A stretch of DNA of 64,000 bases from an uncultured Ruminococcus sp. (GTDB taxonomy: Bacteria > Bacillota > Clostridia > Oscillospirales > CAG-382). The stretch covers positions 4,669-68,668 of the forward strand of contig CAYOCM010000002.1 in assembly GCA_964402515.1 (NCBI GenBank). Reading direction: 5' to 3'. The notes under the pieces are model-generated. The model saw only the letters and a list, made by a program, of their open reading frames with translations, searched no databases and was not told the origin of the DNA. Shown piece after piece: positions 54,652 through 63,136 of the stretch (position 1 is the first letter of the stretch; every line of letters starts with the position of its first letter). The position numbers and the translations under genes are program-made.

Positions 54652-55374
54652 ATGTTAAAACGAGCCGCCGTGTTTTTTGCCGTATTTATGTGTTGCCTGC
54701 CGCTTATGCTTTGCGCTTCGGCGGAAACAAATTATGCGCAAAACCGTTATTATGCGCTTATAACACCCGCATCAAGCGGATTCCCCGACACGGGCAAAAA
54801 ACTTACCGACGGCAAGACGGGCGGCAAGACGGCATCCGGCAAGACAGAGTATTATTATAAAGACGATGCGTTTGTGGGTTTTAACCGCGTTTCAGCGCAA
54901 AACGGCTGTTTTAGCATAATCATCGACCTAAACGACACCGTATCCGACATAACGAGGTTTGAGGTTTCGGCATTGTGCGAAACCGATATAGGAATATATG
55001 AGCCGAAAAAGATATCGGTATCTGTAAGCGACACGTTTGACGGCGAGTATATGTCGGTTGCCGAATATCAAAATACGGTGCGCACCGCCGCCGGATTATC
55101 CGAGACCGTCACGCTGCGCGCCGTGCCCGAGCAAAAAGCAAAAGGCAAATATGTCAGATTTGACATTTATTGCATAAACGACAGGTCGGGTTGGGTGTTT
55201 ATAGACGAATTGCGCGTTATAGGCGGCAACCGGACAAACGCCGAAACCGTCTTTGCCGATACCGCTTTGCAAAGCGGCGGCAAACGTGTGGATGTCGGGT
55301 ATATGCCGTGGATCTTGACAGGCATCGGCTGCGGACTGATAACTTTTGCCGTATTGCGACGAAACAAAAGCTGA
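54652..55374 (+). CDS. secreted, C-terminally anchored protein with a discoidin (F5/8 type C)-like domain
   Basis: Signal peptide; the LTDGKTGG...WVFIDELRV pattern; C-terminal TM helix followed by RRNKS. Confidence 0.5.
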   Translation: MLKRAAVFFAVFMCCLPLMLCASAETNYAQNRYYALITPASSGFPDTGKKLTDGKTGGKTASGKTEYYYKDDAFVGFNRVSAQNGCFSIIIDLNDTVSDITRFEVSALCETDIGIYEPKKISVSVSDTFDGEYMSVAEYQNTVRTAAGLSETVTLRAVPEQKAKGKYVRFDIYCINDRSGWVFIDELRVIGGNRTNAETVFADTALQSGGKRVDVGYMPWILTGIGCGLITFAVLRRNKS

Positions 55375-55379
55375 TACAA

Positions 55380-55420
55380 GCCGAGGCTGCCGTGCGGCAG
55401 CCTCGTTGTATATATTTTAT
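55380..55420. terminator. hairpin terminator between convergent genes
   Basis: CGAGGCTGCC (55382-55391) pairs with GGCAGCCTCG (55396-55405) around the loop GTGC, followed by a T-rich tail. Confidence 0.65.
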
Positions 55421-57081
55421 TCTATATCCTCTTTTTTGACGAGCCCGCGCGAGACATATTTATCTTTTGCAAACAGATATGTGTTGTCGTATACCGTGCG
55501 GGTGAGTGCGTCGTCCGAAACAAACGAACGGTAAAACTCGCCGGGAACGCCGCCCTGATAATACATTTTTATCGTGTGCATAAATCCGGTCTCTGCACCG
55601 CAGTCGAGATACTGAGTATATCTCTCGATATCCTCGGGCGAAAGTCCGCCTATCTCGAGCTCATAGCACATACCGAGCTGTTTGGTCATAGCGGCATTGT
55701 CATAAAGCCTTTTTACCGGCTCGGCCTTGCGAAAAGCGTAGTTCGGCTGCATACATGCAATGTCAAAACCGTTTTCTTTCCAATCGGCATATCCCCACGC
55801 CTCAAAATAAGGTATCCATATAAGTTTAAGGCCTTTTGAATGCACATATTCGCGCGCAAATTCAAGCAAAGGCAATTCAAATTCGTCGCTGTAATTGATG
55901 ACCTCTTCAAACCAATAAAATCCGCAGAGTTCAAGGTGCTGCCTGTCTTTCTCGGCATAGCGCTCGAGCTGGGTGTCTATGCACCATTTGACGGCTTTTT
56001 TGCGCCCCTCGAACGTAGTCATATCCTCGTCGACGCCGTCCCCGTCTATGTCGCCGAATTTTTCGGGAAATTCTCCGTATGTGACTTTGGTATGCAATAT
56101 CGACAAAAAGACTTTTATCTTAAGATCGTCGAGCCCCAGGCGGTTTTGTACTTCGGCCGCCGCTTTGTCAAGCGCGTCGACATTGGCGTTTTCGGCAAAG
56201 GTATTGTCGATATAATATCTCCAGCCTTCGGCGCATTTATAAAGCGAAGAATAAGTATAAGCCGAATAAGGTAAAAACAGCATCGAATCAAAAAACGTGT
56301 CTGTCATCTCGCCGTTTTTGTTTATATATCCGAGATGCGGAATAAACTGTTCTGCCGTAGTAAGCCCCGATCTTTCGTCTTTCATATTCTTGGGAGGCAG
56401 GCAGTTATACGCCAACATTATATTGTGAATATCGCAAAGGTCGCTGTAATCGGGATATTTGTCAACATATCTGACCTCGTCGCAACCCTCTTTTGCTTCG
56501 GCGGTTATTTCGACCGCATCGTCGGGTATAACCGCGGTACCGACGGCCTTGATCTCGTCGACCCAAATATGGCAGGGCACATCAAACTCTATTGTAATAT
56601 ATCCCGTGATATACGGCCTGTCAAAATCGGCACCGACCACTACCGTCTCGGGCGTGTTTTTTGACGCTATGTTGCGCGCCTTTACAACTCTTTGCCAGTT
56701 TTCGCCGTCGGGAGAAAGATATATATCGACGCGTCTGGGCAGTCTTACGCCCACTTCGTCCTCACGCAAAAAACTTATGCTGACCGACTGCACGGCAGAC
56801 AGCGAATCAAGTTTAAAAACTATCGATCTGCCGCCCCCGCGCGAAAAATGAAAGAATGCGGGATCTTGATAAGAATTTGTCTTTGCGCTGACTCCGTCGG
56901 TCATAAGCAAAGATGTATCTTTGGTGTTGTGATAATCGTTTTCGTAAGTAACGCCGAGAGGCGCATCTGTCGTTATGCGAAATACGGGCACGCCCTGCAA
57001 AAGATTTACGCGTGACATGCTTGCGTCGGCGCTTTCGGCAAGTCGTGCGGGATATATCTCGCGTTTTGTATACCAGCTCAT
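55417..57081 (-). CDS. discoidin-like N-terminal domain fused to an uncharacterised (possibly DUF4855-type) domain
   Basis: N-terminal pattern LLMTDGVSA...HIWVDEIKAVG, then an uncharacterised C-terminal domain of about 350 aa. No signal peptide. The family name is from recollection only. Confidence 0.45.
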   Translation of the reverse strand: MSWYTKREIYPARLAESADASMSRVNLLQGVPVFRITTDAPLGVTYENDYHNTKDTSLLMTDGVSAKTNSYQDPAFFHFSRGGGRSIVFKLDSLSAVQSVSISFLREDEVGVRLPRRVDIYLSPDGENWQRVVKARNIASKNTPETVVVGADFDRPYITGYITIEFDVPCHIWVDEIKAVGTAVIPDDAVEITAEAKEGCDEVRYVDKYPDYSDLCDIHNIMLAYNCLPPKNMKDERSGLTTAEQFIPHLGYINKNGEMTDTFFDSMLFLPYSAYTYSSLYKCAEGWRYYIDNTFAENANVDALDKAAAEVQNRLGLDDLKIKVFLSILHTKVTYGEFPEKFGDIDGDGVDEDMTTFEGRKKAVKWCIDTQLERYAEKDRQHLELCGFYWFEEVINYSDEFELPLLEFAREYVHSKGLKLIWIPYFEAWGYADWKENGFDIACMQPNYAFRKAEPVKRLYDNAAMTKQLGMCYELEIGGLSPEDIERYTQYLDCGAETGFMHTIKMYYQGGVPGEFYRSFVSDDALTRTVYDNTYLFAKDKYVSRGLVKKEDIE

Positions 57082-57182
57082 GTTTATCCTCCGTAAAAAA
57101 CATTTTTGTGTATAGGCAAAATATCCACCGTTTGCATTATACGATATTATGGTTTTTTAGTCAATGATTTTTATAACAAAAG

Positions 57183-57213
57183 AGTCGGGCAAAAGCCCGA
57201 CTCAAACAGAATC
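57183..57213 (-). terminator. rho-independent terminator after secG
   Basis: GAGTCGGGC pairs with GCCCGACTC around the loop AAAA. On the minus strand it is followed by TTTTGTT. Confidence 0.75.
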
Positions 57214-57224
57214 GTATGATATTA

Positions 57225-57644
57225 TTATTCGTTGTCGGATGTTTCGGCCTCGCTCGAAGTTTCTTGAACCTCCGAGCTCTCTGCGGTCTCGGAATTTTCG
57301 GACACATCGGAAGTCTCGGAAGCATCGGACGCAGTCGATGAGGTCGACGAGGTAGAAGCGGTCGACGAGGTAGAATTCGACGAGCTCGATTTGCCGTCAA
57401 GAGCAAGCACGATGTTAAGTGTCAATATAAGTACGGCAAGCGCGATAGAAAGCGCCAAAGTCCATTTGTTAAGCACCTGTGCTTTTGTGCGAGTGCGGTT
57501 TTTGCTGAAATAGCTGTCGGTCTGGTTGCCCGAGATAGCACCCGAAAGGCCGTTCTTTTTGCTTTGTTGCATACTGATAAATACTATCAAAGCAATAGAA
57601 ATAACCAAAATAAGAATACCGATAATCAATTCAAGAGCGTTCAT
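57225..57644 (-). CDS. secG: preprotein translocase subunit SecG with a long Ser/Thr/Glu-rich tail
   Basis: The N-terminal ~80 aa have the SecG two-TM layout (MNALELIIGILILVISIALIVF...GLSGAISG...LNKWTLALSIALAVLILTL). A low-complexity acidic tail of about 55 aa follows. Confidence 0.75.
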   Translation of the reverse strand: MNALELIIGILILVISIALIVFISMQQSKKNGLSGAISGNQTDSYFSKNRTRTKAQVLNKWTLALSIALAVLILTLNIVLALDGKSSSSNSTSSTASTSSTSSTASDASETSDVSENSETAESSEVQETSSEAETSDNE

Positions 57645-57684
57645 TATATAAATCCTCCGTTAATTTTTTACAGTCGCATAGAGT

Positions 57685-57713
57685 ATATTAACACACATTT
57701 GCGCCTTTTGCAA
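57685..57713 (-). promoter_or_regulatory. sigma-A-type promoter for secG
   Basis: Read on the minus strand: TTGCAA (57713-57708), 17-nt spacer, TAATAT (57690-57685). Confidence 0.5.
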
Positions 57714-57741
57714 TAGCATTTTTTGCTTTTTTGCGCAAAAA

Positions 57742-59199
57742 TCACCGTTTTTGGTCTTTATCGCTTGCGTCACGCCGCCTTAAAGCGCCGACATCACGGC
57801 GTTTTTTGCGTTTTGCCGCAGTCGATGCACGCACTATAAACGTAACAAACGATATGAGCGCAAACACGGCAACCAATATAACTATCCATTTGATGATGTT
57901 TTTTGCCGTGTCCGAAAAAAGCACATCGCGCACGGCACCCACGGTGTTAAGCAATCCCGACGACTCGATATCGCGCACCGTGACAAGCGGAACCTCGCCC
58001 AGCATTACGCCGTCGTTAAAAAACACAAGTCTGCCGAGCGTCTCGCCTTTTTTGACCGGCGCGTCAACCATCTTGGCGGTCGTGCCGTTATAGTCGCCGT
58101 CATAAACTCTGCCGTCATATATGACCGCGCGGGTTATACTGTCGTCCGCCGCAGCCTTGTTTATAAGCAATTCTATGCTGCCGTCGGCAACAAGCTGTAT
58201 ATAGTCATAGTTTTTGCCCTGCGCCACCTTTATCTCGGTTACGGGCTCGCCGCTTGATATAAGTTCACGGTATTCAAAGCTGTCGGATGCCCACGGTATC
58301 AGTTTTTTCGCGTCGTCATATGCGTTGCCGTCGGCAAACGTACGCGTGCCGTCGGTGTCTCTGATCTCGCCGGGCGCATCCATTATGACAAAAATATATT
58401 TTATCTTGTCGGCGGTAACGGTAGACGTGATAAGGCAATACCCGCCGTATTGCGTATTTTGCCCCGCTATCATACCCGTGGCGGATTTCATATAATAAGC
58501 GGCGGTAAGCTGTGATGAAACGAGATAGTTTTTGCTGTGTACATTGCTTTTGCCGTTAAGCCTGAACGAAGCCTGACTCGATATGCGCACGAGTTCGCTG
58601 TAACTGTAAAAACTCGAAGCTATAAGTGCGGTATCGCGGGCGGTGGTGTATGAATTCGCCGCCGAAAGCCCCGTGCAATTGACATAGTTGGTATCGTTTG
58701 CGCCCGCCTCTTTGGCTTTGGCGTTCATCAAAGCCACAAAGTCATCCATCGTGCCGCCCAAAAGGTCGGTGGCACAATAATATGCCAATGTCCAACAGGC
58801 GTCGTTTGCGTTGGCAACGAGTGAAGCCGACAGCATATCCGATATGGTATAACTGTCGCCGGGAGTAATGCCCAATCTGGGGGCAGATAAATCGCCGAGC
58901 TCTCCGATCTGCGACAGCATTCCCTGCGGAACGGTCACCGTCTTGTCAAGCGACAGACTGTGTTTTTCAAGCTGATCCCACACGACCATCATCGCCGCAA
59001 GTTTTGCCGATGCCGTGGGTGCTATGCGCTCGTCGGATCTGTTTTGATAGATCAACTGACCGTTTTCGGCATTGATGACCGCCACGGCATTGTTTGACGT
59101 AAGGTCGGGCGTTTCCGACGCCTCTGCCGACGCGTTTGTCATCAAGGCGCAAACAAGCACGGCAACGCACAATATAAAAGCAATTATCCTTTTTTTCAT
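57742..59199 (-). CDS. PBP5/S11 D-Ala-D-Ala carboxypeptidase-fold protein with degenerate catalytic motifs
   Basis: Signal peptide, an S11-like core (FVALMNAKAKEAG...NCTGLSAANSYTTARD) and a C-terminal TM helix with a basic tail. AAGGTG lies 6 nt before ATG 59199. Motif details are given in the findings. Confidence 0.7.
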   Translation of the reverse strand: MKKRIIAFILCVAVLVCALMTNASAEASETPDLTSNNAVAVINAENGQLIYQNRSDERIAPTASAKLAAMMVVWDQLEKHSLSLDKTVTVPQGMLSQIGELGDLSAPRLGITPGDSYTISDMLSASLVANANDACWTLAYYCATDLLGGTMDDFVALMNAKAKEAGANDTNYVNCTGLSAANSYTTARDTALIASSFYSYSELVRISSQASFRLNGKSNVHSKNYLVSSQLTAAYYMKSATGMIAGQNTQYGGYCLITSTVTADKIKYIFVIMDAPGEIRDTDGTRTFADGNAYDDAKKLIPWASDSFEYRELISSGEPVTEIKVAQGKNYDYIQLVADGSIELLINKAAADDSITRAVIYDGRVYDGDYNGTTAKMVDAPVKKGETLGRLVFFNDGVMLGEVPLVTVRDIESSGLLNTVGAVRDVLFSDTAKNIIKWIVILVAVFALISFVTFIVRASTAAKRKKRRDVGALRRRDASDKDQKR

Positions 59200-59212
59200 A
59201 AAAACACCTTTC

Positions 59213-59737
59213 TTACGTATCTTCAAAGTCGTGCGCCCTGCCCGTCAGTCGGCGTGCAAGCGATATGTTGCCGTCGGCAAGCGCGTTTCTGATGCGGGTA
59301 GAACTTACACGTTCGCCGTCTATGTCGACACAAGGCACTACGGCCGTACTTATGCCCGCATTCTCAAACGTGCCGATATCGCCCAAAGCGTCTTTGCCGA
59401 ACGCAAAGTGCATACCGCACACGGCATATTTTGTGCCCGCTTTGGCAAGCGACGAAGCAAAAACATCGGCGGGCATATCTTTTATCATATTAAAATCGGC
59501 GGTCAAAACATATTCTGCCCCGCATTTTTTAAGCAATGCGGCTTTTGTTTCGCCCAAAAGCAGAGCCTTGCTGTTTTTGGTATTTATATCAAACGTTATC
59601 GCAACGGGCGTCAACCCGTTTGTCGCCGCGATTTCCGCCAATTTTGCGATTATGGCGACATGTCCCGGATGAACGCCGTCAAAATCGCCTATTGCCACCG
59701 CCGACGGCGCACGTCGCGCAAGCTCGTCAAACAGCAT
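59213..59737 (-). CDS. stand-alone FMN adenylyltransferase (RibF N-terminal domain only)
   Basis: GDFDGVHPGHVAII and SSTRIRNAL are present. At 174 aa there is no riboflavin kinase domain. Confidence 0.7.
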   Translation of the reverse strand: MLFDELARRAPSAVAIGDFDGVHPGHVAIIAKLAEIAATNGLTPVAITFDINTKNSKALLLGETKAALLKKCGAEYVLTADFNMIKDMPADVFASSLAKAGTKYAVCGMHFAFGKDALGDIGTFENAGISTAVVPCVDIDGERVSSTRIRNALADGNISLARRLTGRAHDFEDT

Positions 59738-59870
59738 ACGGCACCCCTCAAAAAAACACTTAGAGATATATATTTACATAATAATATTTTTAATTGATTT
59801 TGTCAATGAGTATGATGTATATTTTTGGCTCTGCTTTTGCAAAATATATGCAAAACAACTCGAAAGGACT

Positions 59871-61958
59871 ATGCGTGTTATGCAACAAAAATTTGACGCG
59901 GTCATTCTTGCCGGCGGCAAGGGTACCAGACTTATGCCGCTTACCCAAAACGAGCCCAAACCGTTATTGACCGTAATGGGAATTCCCGTTATCGAGCGGT
60001 TATACCGTTCACTTGAACAAAACGGCTATCAATCGGCGGCGGTCACAGTGTGCCATCTTGCCGATCGAATAATCGCCACCGGCGGCGACACAAACCTGAA
60101 ACTCGGCTTTTTTAAAGAAGACGTCCCTCTCGGCTCGGCGGGCTCGGTGCGCGCGATAGTCGATGAACTGTGCGACACGGTAACCGTGCTTTGCGGCGAT
60201 GCCGTAATAGACGCGGACCTTAAAAAAGCAAAACAGGCACACAAAGAGCACGGCGGCATAACACTTTTGCTTACCCGCACACAGTCTCCGTTTGAATACG
60301 GCACGGTCTTGCTTGACGGCAACAAAATAAAAGGGTTTATCGAAAAGCCGTCCTGGACCGACACGCTTACCGATGTTATTTCGACCGGCATATATATCGT
60401 CGACCGCGATATACTGATGCGTATTCCAAAAGGGCAAAAGTTTGATTTTGCATCCGACCTATTTCCGCTTTTGCAAAAAGAGGGCATATCGCTTTACGGC
60501 GAGATGCTCGACGGCGTTTGGATGGACATAGGCAGCATAAGCGATTATTATGCCTGCAATATGCGGCTTTCCGAGGGCGCGTCGGTTATAGACGACAGTG
60601 TCTCGGTATCCCGTCGCGCCGAAATAAGCCGATCGGTCATAATGTCGGGCGTCAATATCGGCGAAAGCACCGTTGACGGCGCGATAATATGCAAAAACGT
60701 ATCGATAGGCGACGGTTGCACCGTTCCTTCGGGGTGCGTGATAGGCGAAGGGACCGTATTGCAAAACGGCGTAACGCTTGCAAAAGGTTTGCACCTTGAG
60801 GGCGGAATGATAATACGTAAAGGTTCGGTCATATCAAAAGACTGGTGTTTCGGAGAAGCTTCGGGCAGAATTTTTGACGACGACGGAATATGCGCGCCGC
60901 TTGACTGTGCGTCGGCCGTCAGGCTCGGTCGAGCGCTTTCGGTATTGGGCAGGCCGGCAAAAATAGGCATAATGAGTCTGCACGACGCGGACCGACTTGC
61001 CGACAGCATATCGTTGGGCGCCGCCGAAGCGGGCTGCGAAACAGTGCGGTTTAAGCCGTCGTTTTTGCCGGTGGCGCGCTTTGCCGCCGATGAATACGCC
61101 TGCGACTGCCTTGCGTATTGTGCCGCGCCCGACAGGATATATCTTTTGGGCAAAGGCGGCATAAGGCTGTCGGCAATTAAAATGAAGCAAGTGATACATG
61201 CGATAAACGCCCCTTTGCATACCCCGTCCGAAACAAGCGCCGTAACACAGCAAAACCCTTTGGACGCATACGCGCGGTATCTGCAAGGTCAAACCGGCTC
61301 GCTTGACGGAGTTTTGCTGCCGGTCACTCAAAAAAACGCATTTATATCGTTGCTTGCGCCGATAGCCGAGTCGCTCGGTGCCGAATGCGCGGTCCGCCAA
61401 TACGGCTATACGCTGTCCGAAGACGGTCAAAAGGCTTCTTTCAGAGACGAGGACGGCAGAACCCTGTCATATTGGCAGCTTGTAATATTGGCATCGATGT
61501 CAAGGCAAAAAGTCAGTCTCCCGCGCGAAACACCCGTCAGCGTCGAGCGCGCCTTGCGCTCGCAGGGGATAGCCGTGCATATATACAACGACAGCGAAAG
61601 CGAAGCGCGAAATGAGGCAATGAACGCATCGTTTATCAACGACGCAGCGCTTTTGGTGTTGTCGGCCGAAAAACAGCTGCTTAATTCGGGCATGACAGCC
61701 GCCGAAGCAAGATCGCGCCTGCCCGAGATATATGTCGTCACGCGCACGATAGAGGGAGACGGCGAAAACAGCATAACGCGCATTGACGAACTGTCAAGAA
61801 CTTTCGGCGACATCACACGCGGCATAAGAATCAACTATCGCGGTGGCAGCGTTGCGATATATCCCGGCGCAGGCGGCGGGTTTAAAATATTTGCCGAAGC
61901 GGTATCAAGCGAGATGGCAAGCGAACTGTGCGACCTTACCGAACGCAGGCTCAAATAA
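59871..61958 (+). CDS. sugar-phosphate nucleotidyltransferase fused to a left-handed beta-helix and a degenerate PGM/PMM-like domain
   Basis: AVILAGGKGTRLMPLTQNEPKPLL (NTP transferase), hexapeptide repeats around aa 240-330, and a C-terminal four-subdomain PMM-like region. The start is either ATG 59871 or ATG 59880. Confidence 0.7.
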   Translation: MRVMQQKFDAVILAGGKGTRLMPLTQNEPKPLLTVMGIPVIERLYRSLEQNGYQSAAVTVCHLADRIIATGGDTNLKLGFFKEDVPLGSAGSVRAIVDELCDTVTVLCGDAVIDADLKKAKQAHKEHGGITLLLTRTQSPFEYGTVLLDGNKIKGFIEKPSWTDTLTDVISTGIYIVDRDILMRIPKGQKFDFASDLFPLLQKEGISLYGEMLDGVWMDIGSISDYYACNMRLSEGASVIDDSVSVSRRAEISRSVIMSGVNIGESTVDGAIICKNVSIGDGCTVPSGCVIGEGTVLQNGVTLAKGLHLEGGMIIRKGSVISKDWCFGEASGRIFDDDGICAPLDCASAVRLGRALSVLGRPAKIGIMSLHDADRLADSISLGAAEAGCETVRFKPSFLPVARFAADEYACDCLAYCAAPDRIYLLGKGGIRLSAIKMKQVIHAINAPLHTPSETSAVTQQNPLDAYARYLQGQTGSLDGVLLPVTQKNAFISLLAPIAESLGAECAVRQYGYTLSEDGQKASFRDEDGRTLSYWQLVILASMSRQKVSLPRETPVSVERALRSQGIAVHIYNDSESEARNEAMNASFINDAALLVLSAEKQLLNSGMTAAEARSRLPEIYVVTRTIEGDGENSITRIDELSRTFGDITRGIRINYRGGSVAIYPGAGGGFKIFAEAVSSEMASELCDLTERRLK

Positions 61959-61968
61959 GATATCCTTA

Positions 61969-61997
61969 TTGACAAAAAGCATATTTTAAACTATAAT
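61969..61997 (+). promoter_or_regulatory. consensus sigma-A promoter
   Basis: TTGACA (61969-61974), 17-nt spacer, TATAAT (61992-61997). Confidence 0.65.
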
Positions 61998-62024
61998 ATG
62001 TTTGAAATACGGTACGGAGGTCTT

Positions 62025-62990
62025 ATGATGAAAAAAACAGTTATCACGCTTGTTTCGCTCACGGCACTTGTGGCATGTCTTGTGGCGGTTGCCGGCATAC
62101 CGTACGGCGACAGCACATCAAACGTCGGATCGCAAATCGAAAGCGATGCGCCGTCATCACCCGCGGTTTCCGACAACAGCCTTCCCGAGACTCCGTCAAC
62201 GCCCGACACATCGTTTGCCCCGAGCAACGATACAGACACAAGCGGCGAAACATCCGAGACGACCTCGGCAGAGCATGTGCTCGGTTGGCAACATCTTTCC
62301 GACAAAAACAAATATGTGTTGACAGTGGACGGCACGCCTGTGTCGGATGAACTTTGGGATTATATTATGAACGACCTTGAGGTCGACGGCAAAAACGTTG
62401 TATTTGCGCGCAAAGGCGACGAGTATTATTTTATATACACCGATCTCACGCGCGAAAAAGCCGTGTTTGAACCGTGGACGATACATTCGGTCGGCGATAT
62501 AACCGTAACATGCGAGCTCGATCATTTTACCGACAAAGACGGCTATGAACGCATAGGAGAGCCGAGGCCTTATGTTTATAAGATCGTCAAAGACGGCAAA
62601 ACGCTTGCCGATTCGGAACTTAAGCCCGTGATATTTAAAGATTATACCATAATCAATCCTATCATCGTGGGCGTAGGCGACGTTGCCTTCGGACTGCATT
62701 CGCAGATATACGCCTCCGACGGCACCTTGGTCAGCGACGAACACGGCGTTGCATATGCCGACGAACGCAACGATTATCTGGTCACGTATGATGAAACGCT
62801 GGTCGAAGACGACCGCGGCGAATATCTCGTCGACGGCATTCCGCACCGGCTCGAAACATTCCACAGCGTGCTTTCGTCGGATCTTAAGGCGGTATACACC
62901 TCTAAAAGTGCCATCACGTTCGACGAACTCGGCGAGCTGTGTATATATGACGATCAGGCAAAGAAATATGTGCCGTTGGAAATTAAATAA
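62025..62990 (+). CDS. putative lipoprotein, function unknown
   Basis: MMKKTVITLVSLTALVAC contains a lipobox (LVAC), followed by a Ser/Thr/Pro/Asp-rich linker. The track ATG 61998 directly abuts the -10 box, so ATG 62025 with GGAGG upstream is preferred. Confidence 0.55.
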   Translation: MMKKTVITLVSLTALVACLVAVAGIPYGDSTSNVGSQIESDAPSSPAVSDNSLPETPSTPDTSFAPSNDTDTSGETSETTSAEHVLGWQHLSDKNKYVLTVDGTPVSDELWDYIMNDLEVDGKNVVFARKGDEYYFIYTDLTREKAVFEPWTIHSVGDITVTCELDHFTDKDGYERIGEPRPYVYKIVKDGKTLADSELKPVIFKDYTIINPIIVGVGDVAFGLHSQIYASDGTLVSDEHGVAYADERNDYLVTYDETLVEDDRGEYLVDGIPHRLETFHSVLSSDLKAVYTSKSAITFDELGELCIYDDQAKKYVPLEIK

Positions 62991-63000
62991 AGTTTTTGTC

Positions 63001-63030
63001 AAAGCCCGCATTCGCGGGCTTTGTTTTTGC
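63001..63030 (+). terminator. rho-independent terminator
   Basis: AAAGCCCGC pairs with GCGGGCTTT around the loop ATTC, followed by GTTTTT. Confidence 0.8.
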
Positions 63031-63052
63031 ATTGCGAAAAAGCAAAGCCGTG

Positions 63053-63081
63053 TTGACATTTCGGCAGTGCCGCGATATAAT
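63053..63081 (+). promoter_or_regulatory. consensus sigma-A promoter
   Basis: TTGACA (63053-63058), 17-nt spacer, TATAAT (63076-63081). Confidence 0.65.
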
Positions 63082-63136
63082 ATTTATAAGCATAAAACGC
63101 AGATACAAATCTCAAATCACACATTTACAATCTCAA

